Under the pieces are notes generated by a model, which was given only the letters and a program-made list of their open reading frames with translations, was not told the DNA's origin and did no database searches. Shown piece after piece: positions 36,001 to 48,000 of a stretch of DNA of 64,000 nucleotides. Made by a program: the position numbers and the translations under genes. The stretch's first letter is position 1. Each line of letters opens with the position of its first letter. Source of the stretch: Candidatus Omnitrophota bacterium (GTDB lineage Bacteria > Omnitrophota > Gorgyraeia > Zapsychrales > JANLHA01); the NCBI GenBank assembly GCA_038222225.1, contig JBBRHV010000006.1, forward strand, positions 1,626-65,625, written 5' to 3'.

Positions 36001-39000
36001 CAGCGCAAGACAAGGGTCTTCTGAACAATGAGGACCTGAGGCGCGCAGCCGTGGCCATGGAAGGTTTGCCTGGCATTATTCTGGATGAGGGGTCGTATAT
36101 GCAAAGCGATTTAAAGAAAGCAAGCGAGTTTGATTTTGTGATGGCTGACCGTATGGTTGAAGAATTCCGGCTGAGATTGGGGAATCCCGGGGTAACCCTG
36201 GTGGCGGAATCGTTAAATTGTGACGAGGAGGATCCAGACCATCAGACGGGGTTGATCATCGCTGCTGTGATGGACCATCCTGCCATTACCAGGGTGCTGG
36301 ATTATAATTCGATGAGTCCTTTTGTAAGACATGGTGGATTCTTGATCACCGACGGACAACAGAGAAATTCGGTGCCGTTATTTGACGGTGTGCAGGAGAT
36401 TGTGTTGGTCGGCGGGAATTTAAGCGCGTGTCTTAAGACGCAGCTTTTTATATGGTTATTCGCCTTGCGGCATGAGTTTGAACAGGGGGTTGTATCGGGT
36501 AACTGGGTCTTTCATATTCCTTCGGGCGCAGTGTTTGATGTTAACGAACAGATGACGGGTAATGAATTTTTAAGGAGAACGGATGGCGTGCGGAAAACAT
36601 TTTTAAAAGAGTTTTCCATTTTAAACGAAGGGTTTGCGGCAGATCGTTTCGGGTTGATTCGCGTGTATAGACAAGAAAAGTTTTCAGTGACTTTAAGGCT
36701 GTGGAAAAATTTTGAAGATTTTATGAGGCGATTGGATTCTGTGAAGAGGATGGCCCGCTTGGGTACGTCTAACTCCTCCGTATTGAAGCCGATGGCCGTT
36801 GGGATTGGCGTGCATGACGGAAGCCACATGAGTGAGGCGGCGGCGAAACGTACATGGGCGGCGCTTGAAAACGGAGAGCGCGTGAAGTTTGCCGATATAA
36901 GGGATCATGTTTTACCGGGGATGATTGATCCGATTGCTCAAAGCCTTTTGCGGGATGAAAGGGTTTGGATCTTTGTTCCGGATGTTATGGCGGGAGAGCG
37001 CGGTCCGCCGGTGCTGTGGTTTGATTCTTCTGAATATTTTGTTGTTTCAGCTATTTTAAATCAGCAAATCATTATTCCTGTCGGGCTTTTGGACCATCCT
37101 TCCCTGATCGAAATTTTGCGTTTTGAAATGGTGAATGTTATTTCTGGTGAAGAAGACGTCGCGCAGGGAGCTCTTTTGGCACAAAGTGTTTTGCGGTCTG
37201 TTCTCATGGTGATCAATAAGGGAAAAGAAGTAAAAAATAAGTCGAAAAAAGACCATGCTGCTGAAGAGATCAATTCTGCCGTTTTGAGCGGAAAGGACAA
37301 AGAATACCGTGTGATTTTTGAAGGCAACAAAACAACGATCCGTGGTGAAGAGGGATATTGGGTCCATGTTCAAGTTTTGATTGATATGGGGGAGATTCCC
37401 GCCGAAGGCAAGACGATTCGCAACGGGGACCGCTGGCAGCAGGAAACGTCCGAAGAAGTCTTTGGACAGGGAAAAATTATTGCGGTTCAGGGTGATTATT
37501 TAAAGGCCGAATTTGGGACCAAAGGAATGCGGCAGTTCAATTGGAGGGTGGCGGATATTGAGATTTTTGTTTCATTGAAGAGCCTTTTGTTTAAAAAAAT
37601 CCGCGACTCCGAGGAGGAAAAAAATAGGGCTTTTGCCGAAATTCAGAGGGGCGAGCTAGCCGGGTTGATAGACTCGGCGCTGCGTTGCGGGTATCGATTG
37701 CAGGATTTAGCCCGGGAAGCGGTTATATCCCCCAGTTATATAACAGGTATCGTGAAGGGGAGGATGCAGCCATCGACAGACGTTATCCGTAGGCTTGTTG
37801 CTGCAACAAAGAAGGCCATGGCCCATCCAAAAATGATTGGGCGAAAAAAGGGCGGGATGTTGATTAGCGCAGAAGAACGCCAAAGGATAGTAGCTCGTCT
37901 GCAAGCGCTTATTCAAAGAGGGTTCTTGCCTGCCCGGATCGCGGAAGAAGCGAAAATTTCTTTAGCACTTCTTTCACGCGTGCTTAATAACGGATGGGGG
38001 TTGGGTACCCATGCTCATGAAAAAGTGATGAGTGCTGTTGAGAAGATGGAGAAACAAAAACCGAATCTTGATCAGATAAGGGATGTCTTAGTCAAGATTT
38101 TAAACAGCGGTTATTCATTTGTTGAAGTGGGAGAAGTGGTCGGAGTGAGTGACATAAAACTGAGGCGCATCTACAAAGGAGAAACCGGTTTTGCTGTTGA
38201 CGAAAAAGAACTGTTAAATAAACTTCGGATTTTGAGCGGGCAGCCACATCCGAATGCTGTTTTAGGGAAAGCATTGTACCGGTTAGCCGTCCTTTTGGGT
38301 TCGCAAAAACGTGTGGCACAAATCTGCGCAGAGAACACGTTTGTCATCAGCAAACTCATCCGCGGTTCAGGCGGGGTTAAAGCCGATAAACGGAAAAATT
38401 TATACGCCTGCATTGTGCGCGCGTTACCAAAGATCGCAACGTGTTTGACTCTGGAATTGTCCGGTAAAGGGCTTGGTTCTTTAGCTGGGTCCATGGCAGA
38501 GGTCTTGCGCAACAGATCAGGCGCCGTGCGCTTGTTTACCGATGTGGACTATTTGACCTTTAACGCAGCCCGGATCCACGAGTTCCTGGCGGTTGAGAAT
38601 GTTCTACTTGAGCTGACGCAAAACATTTTCCTCAAGAAAGCGCGCGAATGGATCGATGAACAAGGTGTACATGTCATTTATCATGTTGTCCCTCAAGATC
38701 AGGCTGACTTAAATGGAAGAAACAAACCGTTAACGTTATCGAAGGTCCAGGGTGAACGTGATTGGATTGGCGCGGAGTTTTTTGACGAGCGTTCAGGACA
38801 TGCCGTCAATTCCTCTGTTTTGAATGCCGTTCACTCAGATATGTGGGTCAGGGTGAAGAATACAGTCCCGGCTCTGGAGCAGATGAAGCAGATGTTTGAT
38901 GCAGATCAAGATTTGCTCACAGAAGAAGGAGTGAGAGTGGAGAGAGACGTCCGCGACACGTTGATGGCGTTGCGCTCTTCTTTGAGAAACGAATGGGCTT

Positions 39001-42000
39001 TGGCGTTCGCGGAAGATCTTGTTGCCCTCATGCCGGATCCTGAACACTTTGATGAAACGGGTGAGTGGATGACGTGGTTTAAGCCTCATGCATTTAATGG
39101 GAAATTCACCCTTGAAGCATGGGGTCTCGGGCAGGAGTTCATCGATCGGTTGAACAAGGTGCGCGGGGCAGACACGAGCAAAATCAACAGCGTCGGGGTT
39201 AATTCGTCTATTTTTGGTCATTTATTCGGGGCAAAGAAAGAAGCGGCAGACATTGATTCTACGGAGGTCAGACAGGAGATAACAGAGTGTGATTTTGATC
39301 AGGCCGTGCGCGGAGTTCGACGCCTGGTTAATGAAACGCCGACAAATGAAATTGCAAAAGTTCTTTACGGCCTGCTTCAGTATGAGGAGGACTATTTGTA
39401 TTATCAGATTGTTCGTTATGAGGCTGCCAAGAGAATAGCCAAGGCATCGGTGGAGGAATATGAAGATCTGAAACAGTTGATCAGCACATTGCGGATGCTC
39501 GGGAAGATGATTGAAGATCGCCAAAAATTGTTTGAGGAAACAGGGGAAACGAACGTTGACTTTTATTTATTAGCCCTTCGACAGTCTCGACAGAAGTTAG
39601 CAAGATTATTCCGTTTTCATATTCGGGGGTATGAGAATCTTGACCGGGTCGTTCAACGGTTGGACAGCGACACGGTGGAGTATTTATTTTCGTTCTTCAG
39701 CAGGGCATCAGTTCAAGAATTCACCAGCTTAGATGAGCTCATGCAGATCATGACATTTGTCCGGCGGCGCACTTCTTTGGTGGATGAAGATCTGTTGGCG
39801 CGCGCCAAAGAAAGCCTTGAACGGATCATGGTGGAATGGGTTTGTGAAGTCGGCGGAGAAAAGGATCCTGATCTAAGGAGCCAAGAAGTCAGGAATATTC
39901 TAGAATACATTACACAGCATGATCGGACATTCCGTCAGAAATTGAAAGAAGGCATCAAGAGGGCCATTGGTTTCTTAGCCCGTCAAATCAGAAAGAGTCA
40001 AGATGACGCAAGGGAGGCGCAAAACTTGGCAGATAAGAAGGCCGTTGAAGGACGGCAAAACACACTGATTGATTTAAGCGTGAGTTATTCGGCGCTGATG
40101 ACAGCAGTGGATGATGAGTCAGGAGACGGAAATCTTGATGGAAACAATTTATGGGAAAGCCAAGACAGCCAACAGACAGATAAAAAATCAAACAATGATT
40201 TGGGTGCAAATGCTTCTGTATTGATGGGAAGAGAAAATTACAGGCATCTTAAAAAAAGATTTGATGATACAAACGCGGCGCTATTGATTGGAAGAAGTGA
40301 CAGGTCACAGACAAACAAGGAAATAAGGGCGAAGAGGCTCATTCAGGGGTCGATTTTAAATGCGTTTCTCTTTTGTCTTCCTGCTTTGGTCATTGCGGTG
40401 ATCGCTGTTGTGACTTGGGGGCCAAGCTGGAAGATATTTGTGGCGGTCTGGGTTATTCTGGCGTTAACACGGTTTGCAATGTCCATGCGCCATATTCCCG
40501 ATATTTGGAGAACATTGCAGGGCTTAGGTACGCCAACGAAGGGCGGCATCATTGAATTGGCTAAGGCCACTAAGACCAAGATGGAAAGGAAAGCTGTGGC
40601 GCGTGAGCAAGCCCGCAAGAAAGCGATTCATCAGGCCAAGGCTGCTATGGGCAGGGTTTCTCCCAAGAGTTATGCCATACAAGAGGAGTATAGCACCGAG
40701 GTGGGCCGAAAGATCCCGGCGGAACTTAGAAACGACGAAGAAATTGTTGAGCAATATGAAAAATTGACAGCCCGTGCGGAAGAATTTTTTGCGCGCAAAG
40801 TACGTTCACAAAAACCGAAAGAGACTGCGCCGCAGCATATTCCTGAGGTGGCACCAATACCGATAGAGCCTGTCCAAAGACAGGAAGCGCCTGAGGCGCG
40901 CGAAATGGCCAGAAAACGGTTCATTCGTCGACAGCTGGCTGAGGCGCGCCGTTATATTGAAAAGCTGGACAGCCGCGGGTTTATGAGCGCGCATGAGTTT
41001 TTGAACGCCGCCGAAACGTTTAAACCGGAGTGCGTTAAAACATATCCGGATGATGCTCAGGTGAAGGATTTTCTGACGTGGTTTGATTGTGCAGTTCAGG
41101 CTGTGGCACAACAGGTCGCGGATAATGTTCGGCGCATGGAATTTGAGGAGCGCAAAAAGGAACTGCTGGCATCATGGCGAATGATGGTTGAGAAATTGGA
41201 AAGAGCCCGGCAACGGCTGGATCAGGCTATGGCGGCAAGGATTTCCAAAGACCGCGCTTCGTTGGCAGAGTTGCAGAGAAGGATGGATCAACAGGTCGCG
41301 GATAATGTTCGGCGTATGGAATTTGAGGAGTGCAAAAAGGAACTGCTGGCATCATGGCGAATGATGGCTGAGAGATTGGAAAGAGTTCGGCAGCGGCTGG
41401 ATCAGGCTATGGCGGCAAGGATTTCCAAAGACCGCTCTGCGTTAAGTGAGTTGCAGGTAAGGATGGATCATCTGGCAGCGACCATAGAACAGCTTCGTCA
41501 GGCAAAAGATGTTTTGCGCGCGTTGACTTTGCCATCCGCGACCGCCGGTGAGGATGATTTGCGATCCGCGATTTTACAGGTGCTTCCCGTTGAAGTCAGA
41601 GAAGACCCGCGCTTGGCGCTTTTTATCGAACAGGCCAGGTTGCGGTTGTATGAACACGCTGTGACGCGGGTTTTGGATATTTTGTCTCAGTCTTCAGTTG
41701 ACCCCAGAACTTTTGATGACAGCGAGGCCTTCCGCCAGGCATGGATTGCGAAAGTGCCGGTATGGATGCAGGAGGATCAACGTATCATTGCAGCCCTTGA
41801 AGAGCGTATTGATCAAGGCCTTTTGGTAATAACCGAACAGGAGAAAAAGTCTGCTCAAGTTAAAAGGGAACAGGCATTAGAAAAAAGAGCGACTATTGGG
41901 GAACTTTATACCGCCTTAGGAAAAAATGATTTTGGAACGGCACTGACGAAAGCCTTTAAGTTGCGCACATTGGTTGCTGATATGCCGGTAGAGGATTGGT

Positions 42001-45000
42001 TGGAATTTCTTGAGATGTTTGTTGTGCAGGCAGCTCAGAGAATCGAACAATTACGTCGGGAAAAAAGGCATAAAGAGGCCGAACATGCCATCCAAGGAAT
42101 GCGTAGGCTTTTGGACAAGACCCCGCTGGCGGAAACTTTCAAGCAAATGCTAGGAGACATTGACCGCCGTTTGCAAGAAACACAACATAGAACGCCGGTT
42201 TCCGAGCGTATCCAAGAAGGAGCAAATGGCAATGAAACAAATTCTGCTATCGCGCATGGGACTGACAATGCAGATAATACGGGCAATGTACCGGATGAGG
42301 TAGGAGCAAGGCTTAGTGCTGAGGTCTGGCTGGATGTGGCGCATTTGGATGCGGAGGCGGTCAATGGGGTTTTGAGATTTAAGGGGAACGATGGCTCTGG
42401 ATTGACGTCTTTGACTTTGACAGACCTTCCGGTGAGTGCCGCTCTGGATCAATTATGGTTTTTGTGGTTTAAATGGAAGAATGACAGAGAAGCATTTTAT
42501 CGTGATTGGCTTTCTCATCTCCGAAACATTCCTTTATCGTTTTCTCACTTAAAACAAGAAGACAATTTAAAACAAGCTGTGCTCAGTAAAGGGCGCATGG
42601 CTTTTGCGATTCATGTGGCTGCCAATATGCGTTCTGACCGTTGTTTGTACGAACGATTAGAGGCAGCCGCGAGATCAGGAGCGCATACGGTGCTTGTCGT
42701 TTCCGGCGGAGGCCTTTATCAGAAAATTTTACGAAGAGTACCGTTTGGACGGTATGTGTTCCGTGATGGATCTTTGAAATTGATTCACATGTGGGCCAGT
42801 TTGTCGCGTGAGGGAAAGGTCCCTCCGGGTGTGAGGATCGCCGTTGCGCTTAATTCGAATTATATCGGCTCGAAGGCAAAGCGCGAAGCGGTTCGTTTGG
42901 TAAAGAAAGTGAAGTTGGCTCAAGAATTGGGCATTCCGCTTTCTCAGATCGAAATTCATACCATGGCTCCTTTGACCGGGTTTGAGTGGGTTGACGGTAT
43001 CGGGCTTTGGAACTTGCGCCATGTGGATGCGATCGCGTTTTTCAGGGACATCTTATTACCAGTTTTAGCAAAAAATGGAATTGGTACTAAAGAGTTAACC
43101 GTTCGTTTTGGTGTGGCCCATGTGATGAATGCAACAAACTATGCATTTTGGGTGTATTTGGCTGGCCGATCCGTCGATGAAAAGAGTGCGGGCCGGGCGT
43201 ATGACACTTGGCGAAAGCATTCACGTGCTGATCAACTGGCAAAAGCATGGTGGAGAGTTCAGTATGAAGTCAATAAGCGGATTCAGGAGCAGGCGTCTTT
43301 TGGTCACGTCGCATTGATCTTTCAGCCGGCGGCAAAGAAGGCGGGGGATGCGGTTATCCGTTGCGCGTCTTTTGTGCAAAGTGTGAATAGCGCGGTTTTA
43401 AAGACAGCAAGACAAAACGGGCTTATCAGCGATTCAATCATTATTCAGGAATTAGGTTTTATGCGCAGGATGTTTACGGCCTATGAGGGAATATTAAGTG
43501 AACAAGGCCGCAGAGCCATACAGAATATCAGTGAATTCATGAGTAGTCTTCAAAGAGGCTCGGCGGGGGATGATGTTCGCCGGAAAGCCGTCGAGTGGAT
43601 CTATAAAATGCCGGAACCGTTGCAGTTGAATATGGAAGACGAATGGCTGACGTGGTTTGATCACAAGAAAATCCAGTTGTTCCCTTATGGTTTAGGGGGC
43701 GGGTGCACGGAGCCTTGCTTGCATTGTTTTTGGGGGAATCCTGTTCCAGTGGCGAATCTAAATCCTCTTCCTGCCGTATTTCTCGGCGCGAAAAACAGCA
43801 AACGAGAAGTTCTTACGTGCGGACATTTTGATGATCTGGAATGGTATGACCCCTTATTCGGAATTGGGCTAGACAGCATTGTGAAGTATTATTTGAATTC
43901 AAATCCACGGCAAAGGTTAAGTCTTTTGACTCGCGGTTGGGAAAAAGAACATGCAAGAAAACAACAGGTTGTTGAGAACATTGTTCGTATTGTATCCGGC
44001 GCTGATTATAACTTTGAATTTGGAGTTTCCTTTAATCTTGCTCAGTCTGGAAAATATGATCTCGCTAAGGCGATTCAAAGTGGAAGGCTGGAGTCTGTTT
44101 TAGAACTGTATGCTCAGCGTCATCAACACATTTTAAGGACGCTTCGAGGCTTGTCGAAGATCCGATACGTGGTTCGTCCGCTTCTGCAGGAGCGGGAGTT
44201 GGATCATCCCACAGAGAAATTGCTTGGCATGGTCTTGCGCAAAGCTGAGGTTGCGGCTGCGGACGTGAGAAGGGCGGAGGCGACCGTCATTGGAAGCAAT
44301 AGAAACAGCCGAATCCCCTGGGGCCCAGGAACGCTCACGATCGAATGTGATCAATGCATCAATGAGACCGGTTCCGGCGGTGAGTTTATTCGAAGCATTG
44401 ACTCGGCGATTCGCGGAGAAGATTTTGTGCGAAGTTCCTACGGGCACATATATAGAGAAGGCATGCCGTGCGCTCAAATACACGGTGCTACAAATGAGAT
44501 CGTTGTTGTTCTTCCCAGCGGAAAGCGGGTGATGCGAGGACCGATAAGCGATTTTCCGATGAGGACGGTAAGGCAAAAGGGCGCTGCTCAAGGTGGCAAC
44601 TCTGCAATTTTAGCTGAGAAATTCAGTGATTGCGTTGATATCGATTTTGAGAGGATGTTACAAGACCGGAAAAAGAAGTTCTCCTCCAGTTGGCCGCATC
44701 TTGATTTTACAAATCGCATTTTGATTCCGTTTCCTCTGCCAATGTTGCGGGTGTACGGAAAAGAACCATTTCATGACGAAGATATTCAGCGCGTTATTTA
44801 TGAGCTTTTAACCAATGCTCACGATGAGGCGCCGGCCGGGCTGATCAGAGTGAATTTTGAATTGGGAAGCATTGATTCGCAGAACGGCCTAAGTCTTTTT
44901 ACGATCCAGATCGAAAATGAGCGCACCGGAGAGATCCCGTTTGATCAGATGTTTCGGTTCCTGTTGGGACAGGCAATCACCGGGAATCTGTGGCGTAATA

Positions 45001-48000
45001 AGACGACGGATCAGCCGGTCATTGAACGGATCCAGAACCGTTGGGAAGTTGGGGAATTGGAAAACATGCCGGACATTTACGAGCGCGTACCTGACCGTCT
45101 TCAGGCCCTTGCGCTGGCCCACCGCTATGTTCGTCAATATGGGCTTAAGTCGATCCTCTTTCTTGAAGGAGTCGGTCGAAGAAAAAGTAGAGAGAGAAAC
45201 GAGATCGGCGGAGTGGGCGTGGGACTTTATAACAGCCGGTATACCATCAATCGATTAGGGGGAAAGATTGATCTTGATGATACGCGCTCGGGCCGGACCA
45301 CGTTCGCGATCGGATTTTTTGTCCGGGAATTTTCATTGAGGCAAAAAGGATCGGATGCGTTTGTTAGCGGTGCTAACTCTGCGGTTTTTAGGGGATCGAA
45401 GGATTCTTCTCTTGATTCTCTGCTTGAGAGCATCATGGCGTCCCACAAAGAGAGCGGGGTGCGATCAACGCCTTGGGCTGCAAGGATGGACAAGCCGCTT
45501 GACCGCACAGGATTCAACGGGCCGCACCTTTTCGCGAATATTGAATTAACGAACGAGCAGGTTCGGTTGTTCCTTATCCTTAAAGAGCATAAACAGGCGC
45601 TCCTCAATTTACTTGGTGAAAGCTTCAGAGCTGTATTTGGGAAAGCGGCAGGGATCCTTCTTAATCAAAATGTTTCTGGATTTAAGGCAACACAGGTCGA
45701 TGAACAGTATTTAACTTGTACCGTTGGTGATCTTTTTATTCCAGCCATCGAAAATGCTTTTGATGCCTATATGAAAAAGAGCGGCCAATCATCCGATGTT
45801 CCGTTGGTTCTTGAATTTTATATTTCCTTTGATGGCCGGGTGATGATTGCGGAGATGCGCACCAATGGTCTGTCGTATGATTCCGGTGAGACCGCGACCT
45901 CCGAAAAGAAAAAGGACTCGGATCAATTGGGTGGAAAAGGGCGCGGACTGAAAGCCATTGATGAATTTGCTGCATGCATCGGCGGGATCCAGTGGGATAT
46001 CCGAAACCGTAAAGATCTTTTTCCTGAGGATGCGGAAGGATCTGTTTTTTATGTATCTCTTCAACGGGATAAGCTTTCTCAAATCGTCAGTCATGCGGCG
46101 AAGTTTTTTGGTCTGGGTTCGTGCGCGACATGCCCAGAGGATAGCGTCAGAAGAAATGCCGACGCAACGAGCAAGAATAGTGGAGCGAATTCTGCAGTCT
46201 TGAACGGAAACACGGATGATTCGACGGGAAGTGATTCTCAAAAGAAGCGCTTGGAAGATTTCTTGAGCATGGCTAAAAATTCACAGTTGGAGGCGTTTTG
46301 GTTAATTCATGAATTAAAATTGGATCAAATTGAGCGGGCCGTTTCCGTTGGCAGCGGCGTGCTTGCGTTGGCGCCGTTTGAAATGATTTTAATCGAAAGC
46401 GGTGTTGTGGTTACGATTTTTGATCCCGATCCAAACGTTCAGGAAAATTGGGCGCAGTATAAAGCGCGAAGGCTTAATGGCCATTGTGTTGACCTTGTAC
46501 CGTTATCCAGATCAAAATTTGGAAGTTCAGCACAGCCGATCCAGGGTGCGCAGATGTATATTACGATGAATGTTTTTGGTCGTTCGGGCATTCCTATGAC
46601 AGAACGTGCACAAATGTTAGGCCTCTTAGCGAAAAGTTTTAAAAACGGGGACTTTCTTTTGAATGGATGGTGCAGTCCGCTGGCGTTTGAATTGATTGCA
46701 AATTCGCCGGCACCCCAAGAGGATGTCAGGGTCGAGACCGCGCTCAATCACGAGCATATGCTGGCCTTGGTGAATCTTTTGGAATCGCGGCATATGATGT
46801 TGGAGCCTGTCCGTTTCGGCAGGAAGGAGGACGTTCTTCATCAGAGGGACTTTTATCGAATTATTCCGCTCGGATCACCGGTGATGCCGGTAGCTGATAA
46901 AAATCGAAAAAAGAAGGGTGAGCGCCAGCCTGGAAAGAGGATGTCCGAAGATAAAGGCGCCAATGCTGCTGTTTCGCAAAATAATGAAGGCGTTCCGGCG
47001 GATGATCGAGGGATCGATTGGAAAGGATTAAGGGCAGGGCTTGAGCAGGGAAGTTCCTTGTCGTTCGGCAAGGTCAAGCAGCTGATCCGGGCAGGGAACA
47101 AGAAGGTGTTTGGTCTGCTGCAATCTGTCGTCGCCGGCCACAGCAAACAAGAGGCTGCGGTTTGGCATTTTATTTTGACGGTGGATCTTGATCGGGAATA
47201 TTCAGCCCATTTGGGTTCGAACATGAGAAATTTGAAAATGGCTGTTATCCGGGCCGCGCAAAAGGATCTTGAAAAAGGCGGTGTGCCCGGGTCCGATCTT
47301 CTGGAGCAGTCTGTGTCCTATGGTGATGAAGATTCTTTGAGCGCTCTTCAAAGGGTGGCCTTCGGTGTCAGCAAAGGGAAATTCCTTGCGATCAGAGTAA
47401 TCTTTGAGGCGCAAAAGGAAAAGAGTCCGGCGTCTCCGCAAATACGGGCTGTTTGCCGGGGATTTTTGAACACGATCGCCTATAAATTAGGCGAAGGGAT
47501 CGAGAGGGATCCAGAAACGGGGTTACTCATACTTGGAGCGCTTGTTTTTGAGATGCCTTGTGAACCGATAGGGGAAGGGGCCCGCGGGATATTAAAAAAT
47601 ATCGTCGATGGGAAGTGCCGGTTGACTAAAGAGAAAAGGATTGAGGCGTTGAATTCTTTGGTGGAATGCGTTCGTGACGGAGGCTCTGTCGATTTGCTGG
47701 AGTGGATTTTGAAGGGCGTGGCCGCGCTTGACGGCAAAGGCTTCCCGCGTCTCAATAGCTGGAGCGTTCAAGAGATGCTGGGTTCGCTTTTCCACAATGT
47801 TTCGGTGGCGCCAGTATTGCGCTTGTATGCTTATGGACTGATGCCATTGCCGGAAAACGAGACCGAAGCGCTTGTATTAGCTAAACGTGTGTTACATGAA
47901 AAGGCCCATTTGACCTCCTTGGAACTATTTTCAGACAGCGGTGTTTGGCACAATGAAGAGCTTAAGGTTTATATCTTGGCCGTGTATTTGATTATGGTTG

